Source: a bacterium (GTDB lineage Bacteria > Desulfobacterota > DSWW01). Taken from it: a stretch of DNA of 16,535 nucleotides. The notes below the pieces were generated by a model. It had not been told where the DNA came from, did no database searches, and saw only the letters and a list, made by a program, of their open reading frames with translations. A program made the translations under genes and the position numbers. This document shows positions 9,745 to 16,535 of this stretch, in pieces; within the stretch, counting starts at the first letter, position 1; every line of letters begins with the position of its first letter. The stretch covers positions 1 to 16,535 of the forward strand of contig JBFLZG010000059.1 of NCBI GenBank assembly GCA_040756235.1, in the 5' to 3' direction.

Positions 9745-10250
9745 TGGAAACGCCTCTCAAGACCTTTGTCGAACGGATCAGCCACACCCTGGAAAACGTC
9801 GTGGCCCCGGAGCTGAGCTCTCCCATGGTGCGCGGCCAGCTCTTTGCGGCGGTCGAGCTCCTGAACCAGCTCCCGGGGAGGTTCGAGTACCGGCACGATT
9901 TCCTGGTCCAGGACATAGGGGCGGGCAGGCAGATGCTGGCGACGCTCACCGAAGCGTTGCGCGGCGCCGGGCTCGAAATGCCCGAGGAGATCTCGGCCGC
10001 CGCGGCCGCGGCCGCGCCGGACCTGACCGGGGCGAGCGGCGAACAGTTGTGGGAGGGGAGAACGCGGCTGGAGGCGGCGGTCAGCGCCGCCCTCGACCTC
10101 CTGAACGCCCACAGGGCGGAGATCGCGGACGCCGCCGCCGGGGCGGAGCGGGCGGTCCTGGCCCTGCTCCAGCAGGGAGCCCTGCGCGACCTGATGCTGT
10201 TTCGACGCCAGCGCTTCGACAAGATTTCACAACGGGTTCAGGAGGAATAG
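9744..10250 (+). CDS. Small helical hypothetical protein translationally coupled to the phosphotransferase (possible LvaB-like partner)
   Basis: TGATG stop/start overlap at 9742-9746; 168 aa starting METPLKTFVERISHTLENVVAPELSSPMVRGQLFAAVELLNQL; amphipathic helical pattern; C-terminal part of track ORF 8979..10250. Confidence 0.75.
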   Translation: METPLKTFVERISHTLENVVAPELSSPMVRGQLFAAVELLNQLPGRFEYRHDFLVQDIGAGRQMLATLTEALRGAGLEMPEEISAAAAAAAPDLTGASGEQLWEGRTRLEAAVSAALDLLNAHRAEIADAAAGAERAVLALLQQGALRDLMLFRRQRFDKISQRVQEE

Positions 10251-10255
10251 CGCCC

Positions 10256-11167
10256 ATGGCCGCCGTATCGCCACAGGACGAGCTCGTCCACCGGGACTAC
10301 CCGCGCAGCGCAGACAAGGCCTGGAAGGAGAACTGGTACTTCAACTTCATCGACCGGCAGCACAACGCCTGGGGCATCAACCACATCTCTCTGGAACGGC
10401 ACAAGCAGAGCGGCCGCTTCAGCGCGTTCCACGTGGTCGACGGCGAGATCCTCGTGTACCTGAACCACGTCCCCGTCGGCGAGGACTTCTCGGACCTCAC
10501 GGACGGCAAGCTCCGGGTCGAGCTCGTCGAGCCCCACCGGCAGTTCCGCCTGAGCTTCGCAGGCCCGAACCACTCGGTCGATCTGACCTGCCTCGCGCGC
10601 TTCGAGGTGTTCGATTACGCTGCGCCGGGCGAAAAGACGCTCGAGGGCGACAAGAAGGCCATCTCGATCCGCCATTACGAACAGGCCCTGACCGTGAGCG
10701 GGACGCTCACCAAGGGCGGCGTCTCGAGGCCGATCGCGTGCTTCGGCCACCGGGACCACTCCTGGGGGTATCGGGACGAGTCCAACATCGCGGGGTGGAA
10801 CTGGATCGCGGTGCAGTTTCCCGACAGGACGATCAATGTCTCCCGGGTGTGCGTCCCGGGGATGAGCCCCATGAGCCGCGGGTTCGTCTCGGAGCGGGGC
10901 GGGAACACGGGGATCCGGCAGGTGAGGATCGTTTCCACGGAGCGCGGTGAGGACGGCGTGCCCGTCAGCTCCACCTTCGAGGCCGTGGACGAGAAGGGGC
11001 GCCCCTGGACGCTGACCTCGCGCAGGTTCTCCGGCCTCGTGCTGCCCCTGAGCGAGAAGGGCCGGCAAGTCGTGGTCTACGAGAACTTCGCGGATTATGC
11101 CCTTGCCCAGACCGGCGAACAGGGCCTGGGGATCGACGAGTACCTGGAGAACACGGCGGTGGGGTAA
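10256..11167 (+). CDS. CrtC/AttH/tocopherol-cyclase-like beta-barrel protein (hydratase/cyclase-like, function unknown)
   Basis: AGGAGG RBS inside the end of the upstream gene; WKENWYFNF, HYEQ, GHRDHSWGYRD and WNWIAVQF motifs resemble the E-x-W-Y and DHxWG motifs of this superfamily; beta-rich pattern. Confidence 0.7.
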   Translation: MAAVSPQDELVHRDYPRSADKAWKENWYFNFIDRQHNAWGINHISLERHKQSGRFSAFHVVDGEILVYLNHVPVGEDFSDLTDGKLRVELVEPHRQFRLSFAGPNHSVDLTCLARFEVFDYAAPGEKTLEGDKKAISIRHYEQALTVSGTLTKGGVSRPIACFGHRDHSWGYRDESNIAGWNWIAVQFPDRTINVSRVCVPGMSPMSRGFVSERGGNTGIRQVRIVSTERGEDGVPVSSTFEAVDEKGRPWTLTSRRFSGLVLPLSEKGRQVVVYENFADYALAQTGEQGLGIDEYLENTAVG

Positions 11168-11283
11168 AGCAGGCCCCGGGCCGGGACGGATCCGGAGTCG
11201 CTCCGCTCCGGGGCGCCCCGGCGCCGGTCCAAGGATCCGCGCCTGCAAAGCTGCCGCGCGGGCGCGGCCCTTCGGAGGTTCAC

Positions 11284-12291
11284 GTGGAAAGTGCCAGCAA
11301 GAAGCCGGACACCGTGCGGATTCAGAACCTGAGCTACGGCCACAAGCAGTCGGGCGCGCTCCGGGCCGCGGTCGAGCTGGAGCTGTTCACCCGCATCTCC
11401 CAGGGCGCTTTCCGCATCCCCGAGATCGCCCGGGCCGCGGGCATCAGCGCGCTCAACGCCGAGAGGCTCGTCGTGGCCCTGACCGCCCTCGGACTCCTGG
11501 AGAGAGAGGGGGAAGGCTGCCGGAACGCCCCGGACGTCGAGCGGTTCCTCGTGAAGGGCAAGGCGACCTACATCGGCCCCTGGGTGCTCTTCAACGGTTT
11601 CGACTTCGAGCGGTGGAAGAACCTGGCGGCCGATATGAGGTCCGGCGGCCGCCCGAAGGTGCTCGGACTCTACGAGGAAATGAACGACGAGATGGCCCGC
11701 ATCTACCACGAGGCCACCTACGCGGTCGGTCTGGGGGCGGGCATGCTCTTCGCCCGGGACGTGGACCTGGGCCGGCGCTCTCTCCTGCTCGACTTGGGCG
11801 GGGGCTCCGGCGCGTACTGCATCGCCGCCCTGCAGCGCTACCCTCACCTCAAGGCGACCGTGCTCGACTTCGAGCCCGTGTGCAGGGTCGCGCAGGAGTT
11901 CATCGCCCAGTGGGGCCTCTCCGACCGGATCTCCACGCATCCGGGTGACTTCACGCGCGACCCGCTCCCGGCCGGCGCCGACGTCATGATCATGGCGAGC
12001 AACCTCCCCCAGTACAACGAGGAGGTCCTGGGAAGGGTCCTGCGGAAAGCCCGCGAGGCGCTCGCCCCGGGCGGCGAGTACCACCTGATCGGCGAGACGC
12101 TCGGCGAGGGCAAGCGCGGCCCCCTTGGTCCGGCCCTCTGGGGCCTGCACGAGGCACTCTTCGGCAGCGAGGGGCGGGCCCATTCCGAGGGAGAAGTGAT
12201 CGGGTACCTGGAGCGGGCCGGCTTCGTCGACGTACGGGTCCATCCGTTCGTCCCGGGGTCGCTGACCAGGATCGCGGCCCGAAAGCCCTGA
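11284..12291 (+). CDS. SAM-dependent methyltransferase, Methyltransf_2 type with N-terminal dimerisation domain (CrtF/BchU/ASMT-like)
   Basis: GGAGG RBS before GTG; LRAAVELELFTRI dimerisation helix; LLDLGGGSG motif I; TVLD; GDF; ALAPGG. Confidence 0.88.
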   Translation: MESASKKPDTVRIQNLSYGHKQSGALRAAVELELFTRISQGAFRIPEIARAAGISALNAERLVVALTALGLLEREGEGCRNAPDVERFLVKGKATYIGPWVLFNGFDFERWKNLAADMRSGGRPKVLGLYEEMNDEMARIYHEATYAVGLGAGMLFARDVDLGRRSLLLDLGGGSGAYCIAALQRYPHLKATVLDFEPVCRVAQEFIAQWGLSDRISTHPGDFTRDPLPAGADVMIMASNLPQYNEEVLGRVLRKAREALAPGGEYHLIGETLGEGKRGPLGPALWGLHEALFGSEGRAHSEGEVIGYLERAGFVDVRVHPFVPGSLTRIAARKP

Positions 12292-12300
12292 GGCGGAGCG

Positions 12301-12597
12301 GTGGGAAGGAAACCGGTGCCGGTCGCGGTCGTGTCCCAGGGAAACCCGCTGGTCTACACGGAGCGCCTGAAGAAAGCCGGCATGAAGGTGATCCACGTCT
12401 GCTCGACGGTGCGGCACGTGAGGAAGGCGGAAGAGGCGGGCGCGGATGCGGTAATCGTCTCCGGCACCGAAGGAGGCGGGCACAGCGGCTTCGACCAGAT
12501 GACGACCTTCTGCCTGGTCCCCCAGGCGGCAGAGGCGGTCGGCATCCCCGTGGTCGCCGGAGGCGGGGTCGTGGACGCCCGGGGTCTCGTGGCTTCG
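12301..12597 (+). pseudogene. Internal fragment of a nitronate monooxygenase / FabK-like FMN enzyme
   Basis: KAEEAGADAVIVSGTEGGGHSG and IPVVAGGGVVDARGLVA motifs are present. The N-terminal PIIQGGM region and the C-terminal GVQMGTRF region are absent, and the frame degenerates into Arg/Pro/Gly-rich sequence after about 12597. Confidence 0.8.
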
Positions 12598-12631
12598 TCG
12601 AGGAGCGGCGCGGCTCGATCCGGGCGGGGCG

Positions 12632-12655
12632 GCGGCCCTCCGGCCAGGGGGCCGC
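12632..12655. terminator. GC hairpin at the convergence of the plus-strand cluster and the microprotein gene (possible terminator)
   Basis: GCGGCCCTC / GGGGGCCGC stem, 12 nt beyond the minus-strand TGA at 12668; only a short T tract nearby. Confidence 0.3.
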
Positions 12656-12667
12656 ACCCCTTTCGGA

Positions 12668-12835
12668 TCATGGTTCGCGTGTTTCCTCGTCCTCTTCGGC
12701 TTCATCGAGCTCACTTTCACCGAGCTCCTCCTCGCTTGCCAAAGCCAGCTCCATGCCGCACTCGGTGCAGTGGCCGTCCTCGCCGATTCGAGGCTGCTGT
12801 TTGACTTCCATACCGCAGAGTCCGCAGTTTGCCAT
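12668..12835 (-). CDS. 55-aa zinc-ribbon-like microprotein with acidic tail (not in ORF track)
   Basis: Manual translation MANCGLCGMEVKQQPRIGEDGHCTECGMELALASEEELGESELDEAEEDEETREP*; CxxC-x15-CxxC; AAGGAGG RBS 9 nt upstream of the ATG. Confidence 0.75.
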   Translation of the reverse strand: MANCGLCGMEVKQQPRIGEDGHCTECGMELALASEEELGESELDEAEEDEETREP

Positions 12836-12934
12836 CAGAAGGTCCCTCCTTTCCTTTCATTGCCTCGCAGCTCGGGCGAGGCAAGCCAGGGTCGGGCTCA
12901 AGTACGCCGTCCAGGGTCGACGGCCGCCGAATCC

Positions 12935-13027
12935 TCATGCCCGAAGCTTGCGGGCGGTTTCGGCTGCCCGGCGACCTAGGGCCCCCGCAATCCGGTACAA
13001 AGAGTAAACGACGACGAGAACCTTCAT
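12935..13027 (-). pseudogene. 30-aa ORF resembling fused N- and C-termini of a WrbA-type flavodoxin-like quinone reductase
   Basis: Manual translation MKVLVVVYSLYRIAGALGRRAAETARKLRA*; the start resembles WrbA K-V-L-V-x-Y-Y-S-x-Y-G and the end resembles the final WrbA helix (A-x-x-x-G-x-x-x-A-E-x-A-x-K-L). Confidence 0.45.
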
Positions 13028-13323
13028 CTTGCCTCGCCCGGCAGGATCTCTGTTCGCGAGAACAAGATCTTCGATGCTCCGAGACCATGCAGGGTTCTCC
13101 GCAGGACCTGTGGAGCGAGGGGCCGCTGACGGGCAATCCTGTCCTGGCGGGGCATCGGAAGAGTGCGCGGATGCGCTCGCTTGCCCGGCCCCCTTTCTTA
13201 TCCGGGCGATCGTCCCGTCTGGATTAAATCACAGCAAACAAGTAGACTACGGAGCAGCCGCCCGGGCGTGATTCTGTTTCTACCTTCCGGCGGTCCTCCC
13301 TTGACACGCAGGACAGACGAACC

Positions 13324-16299
13324 ATGGAAAGAGGCAGGGAAGCCCTTGAGCTCCTTTCCGAAACAGCTATCCGACTGCTCGAGACGCACGACCCGCAAGA
13401 GATCATCAACGAGCTGTGCCGCAAGGTGATGGCGCATCTCCACTGCGACGTCTTCATCCATTACCTGGCGGACACCGCAACCAAGCGCCTGCGTCTGGCG
13501 GCCTGCGCCGGGATCCCCGCGGAGGTCGCCCGCGACATTGACTGGATCGACTATGGCATCGGGCTGTGCGGCTCCGTAGCTCTGGAAGGCGTACCAATCA
13601 TCGCCGAGGACGCCTCGCTGTATTCGGATCCGCGCGGGGAGCGCCTGCGCTCTCTGGGGATCCGCTCGTACGCCTGCCATCCGTTGTTCTCGGGAGGGGG
13701 CGTGATCGGCACCCTCGCGTTCGCCTCCCGGGCTCGCATCCGCTTCGATGAAGAAGACGTCTCCATGATGCGGCGGGTTTCCGACCAGGTCGCGGTCGCC
13801 ATGGACCGTGCGCGCCTGCTGGAGGCCCTGCGCAACGCCCGGGACGCGCTGGAAACCCGAGTGCGGGAACGAACGGCGGAGCTGGAAGCGGCCAATGCGT
13901 CCCTGCAGACCGAAATCGAGGAGCGGGCACGCACCGAGGAGGCGCTGCGCGAGACCACGCGCGCCCTTGACGAACGGGTCCGGGAAGTCAACTGCCTCTA
14001 CGCGATATCGTCGACCGCGGAAAAGAACGGCATCCGCCTGAAAGAGAAGCTCCGCAGCATGGTGAATATCCTCCCCTCGGGGTGGCGCTATCCGGAAGCG
14101 GCCGGTGCGCGGATCCGGCTGGAAGGGGTCGAGTGCAGGACGGGCAATTTCCGGGAGACGAGCTGGAACCAGAAGAGCCGGGTGCGGATTCGCGGGGAGG
14201 TCGTGGGCACCGTGGAAGTCCACTACCTGGAGGAAAGACCTCCGTGCGATGAGGGGCCCTTCCGGAGGGAGGAGCGGACCCTGATCGACGCGGTCGCAGC
14301 CCGGCTCGGGGAGATGGTCGACCGCCTGCGCTTCGAAAGCGCGGTCTTCTCCAGCCTCGACGTTTTGATCGCCTACATGGACAGGCAGTTCCGTTTCATC
14401 GTGGTCAATCGTGCGTACGCGCACGCGGTCGACCTGCCCGCCGAGTTTCTGGCCGGACGGAACCATTTCGATCTGTTCCCCGATGCGGAGCATGAACGGG
14501 CCTTCCGCAGGGTGATCGAGACCGGGGAGCCGCACACTTCGTTCGAGCAGCCGTTCCTGTATCCGGGGTATACGGAGCTGCAGCGGACCTTCTGGGATTA
14601 CAAGCTCCAGCCCGTGAAGAGAGACGATGGACAGGTGACCGGGCTGGTGCTGGGCATGCAGAATGTCACGGAGCGCGTGCGCGCCCAGGAGGCGGCCCGG
14701 CAGGAGCATGCGCTGCGGAAATCGATCGAGGACTCCATGGTCTGCGGCATTGCGGCCGTGGACATGCAAGGCCGCCAGACGTACGTGAACCCCGCCTTCT
14801 GCAGCATGGTGGGGTGGAGCCAGGGAGAGCTGCTCGGAGGGACGCCGCCGTACCTGTACGTGCCGCCCCAGGAGGCGACCGCGGTCCGCCAGATCATGCG
14901 TGCCATGCGCAACGAGGAGAGTCCCGGGCCGATCGAGGTGCGCCTGCGCCGCCGCGACGGAGAGCGGTTCGATGCGCGCGTCCTGCAATCTCCCCTGCGG
15001 GACGCGCAGGGGCGCAGGATCGGCTGGATCGGCTCGGTCACCGACATCACCGGGGAGAAGGAGGGCCACAGGCGCTCGGAGGTGATCCAGGAGCTTCTGC
15101 ACCTCTTCTCCAAGGAGTCGGATCGCAAGGAATACCTGGACGGCGTCCTGGAGCTCATCCGGCGCTGGTCCGGATGCCGGTGCGTGGGCATCCGGGTCCT
15201 CGATCGAGCCGGAAAAGTCCCGTACTTGTCGTGCGCAGGCTTCGGCAAGAGGTTCATACGATCGGAGAGCCGCCTCTCGGTCGGAGACGGTTCGTGCGCG
15301 TGCCTGCGGGTCGTGGGCGGTCGGCCGGAGCCGCTGGAGAAGGACATGATGACGCGCTCCGGCTCGTTCGTCTGCAACGACCTGCCCTTCTTCCTCGCAA
15401 GCCTGCCGCAGGAGGAGAAGGCCAGATTCCTGCGGGCCCCCTGTGCCCGGAGCGACTTTCGGTCTTTCGCCGTGATTCCCATCCGGCATAAGGAGCGCGT
15501 GCTCGGCGCCATTCAAATCGCCGACGAGAAGGAAGGATCGGTGCCTCCCAGGGTGACCGATTTCATCGAAACCGTCGCACCTCTGATCGGCGAGGCGGTC
15601 AACCGGTTCAACCTGGAAGAGGAGCTGCGGGCGTCGGAGACCCGGTTCCGGGTGCTTTCCTCCCATCTCATCACGGTTCAGGAAAACGAGCGCAAGCGGA
15701 TCGCCCGTGAGATCCACGACAGCATCGGCCAGGCCCTGAGCGCGATCAAGTACAGGGTGGAGGACGTGCTGCAGCGCGAGGTCGGCCCTCAGAGTAGGGA
15801 ACGGCTGGAGGGCATCGTCCCGATCTGCCAGCAGGCGGTCCAGGAAACCCGCAGGTTGCAGGCGGACCTGCGCCCCTCGGCGCTGGATGACCTGGGAATT
15901 GCCGCAGCGCTCAAATCCTTTCTGCGGCGCTACCAGAGCACCTATCCGCGCATCGCGATCAAGGAAAAAGTGGAGCCCGAGATCGGCGACATCCCCGAGT
16001 TCCTGGCGGCCGTCTTGTACAGGATCACCCAGGAGGGGTTGAACAACGTCGCGAAGCACAGCGACGCCAGTCGGGTGGCGTTTTCCCTCTGTCGAAAGGG
16101 ATCGCAGATCGAGCTCACCCTGCGGGACAACGGCGCCGGCTTCGACCTGGAGAAGGCGGAAATGAATGAAACCGCAGGCCGCGGGATGGGCCTGGCCGGC
16201 ATGAGAGAGCGGGCGGCCCTTTCGGGCGGGAAGCTCCAGATCCGTTCGGCCAAGGGGCGCGGGACCACGATCCGGGCGACCTGGAAAGCGCCCGCATGA
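13324..16299 (+). CDS. Cytoplasmic multi-sensor histidine kinase: GAF, coiled coil, GAF-like, PAS, PAS, Cys-rich GAF, HisKA_3, HATPase (NarX/NreB/DegS class)
   Basis: H-box ERKRIAREIHDSIGQAL; N-box QEGLNNVAKHS; G1 DNGAGFD; G2 GMGLAGMRER; PAS motifs (YVNPAFCSMVGWSQGELLG...DITGEK; VNRAY...NVTER); LETRVRERTAEL signalling helix; no obvious transmembrane segment. Confidence 0.92.
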   Translation: MERGREALELLSETAIRLLETHDPQEIINELCRKVMAHLHCDVFIHYLADTATKRLRLAACAGIPAEVARDIDWIDYGIGLCGSVALEGVPIIAEDASLYSDPRGERLRSLGIRSYACHPLFSGGGVIGTLAFASRARIRFDEEDVSMMRRVSDQVAVAMDRARLLEALRNARDALETRVRERTAELEAANASLQTEIEERARTEEALRETTRALDERVREVNCLYAISSTAEKNGIRLKEKLRSMVNILPSGWRYPEAAGARIRLEGVECRTGNFRETSWNQKSRVRIRGEVVGTVEVHYLEERPPCDEGPFRREERTLIDAVAARLGEMVDRLRFESAVFSSLDVLIAYMDRQFRFIVVNRAYAHAVDLPAEFLAGRNHFDLFPDAEHERAFRRVIETGEPHTSFEQPFLYPGYTELQRTFWDYKLQPVKRDDGQVTGLVLGMQNVTERVRAQEAARQEHALRKSIEDSMVCGIAAVDMQGRQTYVNPAFCSMVGWSQGELLGGTPPYLYVPPQEATAVRQIMRAMRNEESPGPIEVRLRRRDGERFDARVLQSPLRDAQGRRIGWIGSVTDITGEKEGHRRSEVIQELLHLFSKESDRKEYLDGVLELIRRWSGCRCVGIRVLDRAGKVPYLSCAGFGKRFIRSESRLSVGDGSCACLRVVGGRPEPLEKDMMTRSGSFVCNDLPFFLASLPQEEKARFLRAPCARSDFRSFAVIPIRHKERVLGAIQIADEKEGSVPPRVTDFIETVAPLIGEAVNRFNLEEELRASETRFRVLSSHLITVQENERKRIAREIHDSIGQALSAIKYRVEDVLQREVGPQSRERLEGIVPICQQAVQETRRLQADLRPSALDDLGIAAALKSFLRRYQSTYPRIAIKEKVEPEIGDIPEFLAAVLYRITQEGLNNVAKHSDASRVAFSLCRKGSQIELTLRDNGAGFDLEKAEMNETAGRGMGLAGMRERAALSGGKLQIRSAKGRGTTIRATWKAPA

Positions 16300-16301
16300 G
16301 C

Positions 16302-16360
16302 GCTCGGCGCGCGCGGCTCGGCGCGCGCGGCTCGGCCTCCATGTTCAGGGCGGCCGAGCC
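16302..16360. repeat. 14-bp tandem repeat plus hairpin just after the kinase stop
   Basis: GCTCGGCGCGCGCG x2.5 (16302-16336); GGCTCGGCC 16329-16337 pairs with GGCCGAGCC 16352-16360. Confidence 0.6.
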
Positions 16361-16426
16361 AGTCGGGGACGCGTCGAGCCCACGCTCGCCGCCCGTCCCT
16401 CCACGCTACTTAGTACATGTCTGCGT

Positions 16427-16444
16427 AAATACGCTAACGTATTT
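16427..16444. promoter_or_regulatory. Perfect AT-rich palindrome, candidate operator
   Basis: AAATACG-CTAA-CGTATTT (7-4-7) within an AT-rich patch in otherwise high-GC DNA. Confidence 0.4.
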
Positions 16445-16535
16445 GTGTGCGGGAGCGAGCTGGCGATGATGCTGCCAATGCCCGATTTTGCGAGGAGGCT
16501 TTGCGACGTGGCAACCCCCCTGTTTCGGGGGATCG

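Noticed and set aside
10256..12291. Literal crtC/crtF carotenoid genes
   Set aside because: Only fold-level resemblance; no phytoene synthase, desaturase or photosynthesis genes nearby, so no symbols assigned.
11095..12720. 541-aa minus-strand ORF and the other Arg/Pro/Gly-rich alternative-frame ORFs across the window
   Set aside because: They overlap well-supported genes and have the composition of off-frame GC-rich translation.
12598..12804. C-terminal extension of track ORF 12301..12804
   Set aside because: Family similarity stops near 12597; the rest is read-through antisense to the zinc-ribbon microprotein.
13301..13306. Perfect TTGACA upstream of the kinase
   Set aside because: Only 17 nt before the ATG, so the -10 position would fall on the start codon with no match.
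12860..13320. Known riboswitch (e.g. c-di-GMP, SAM, cobalamin)
   Set aside because: No recognisable conserved aptamer core seen on either strand; an Rfam/Infernal search would be needed to exclude it fully.
13198..16059. 953-aa minus-strand ORF
   Set aside because: Antisense shadow of the histidine kinase; no motifs, and long shadow ORFs are expected in high-GC coding DNA.
16302..16336. CRISPR-like array
   Set aside because: Contiguous 14-bp tandem duplication with no spacers and no cas genes.

Overview
High-GC bacterial window, probably starting at a contig end. In order it carries: a MacB-type ABC exporter with a NodT/OprM-type outer-membrane lipoprotein; an MFS transporter; an AurF/CmlI-like ferritin-fold diiron protein (minus strand); a frameshifted GMC oxidoreductase; a cluster of an ACAD10/LvaA-like phosphotransferase, a coupled small helical partner, a CrtC/AttH/tocopherol-cyclase-like protein and a SAM O-methyltransferase; a truncated nitronate monooxygenase/FabK fragment; and a large cytoplasmic GAF/PAS HisKA_3 histidine kinase. 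Reading the apparently intergenic 12.6-13.3 kb region on the minus strand reveals two short ORFs absent from the supplied track. One is a 55-aa CxxC-x15-CxxC zinc-ribbon microprotein with an acidic tail and a strong RBS. The other is a 30-aa ORF that looks like an internally deleted WrbA relic. A 13-bp inverted repeat links the two. The best candidates for new biology are the kinase/partner/cyclase-like/methyltransferase cluster and the hidden microprotein unit. All family calls come from motif recognition only; no database search was run.
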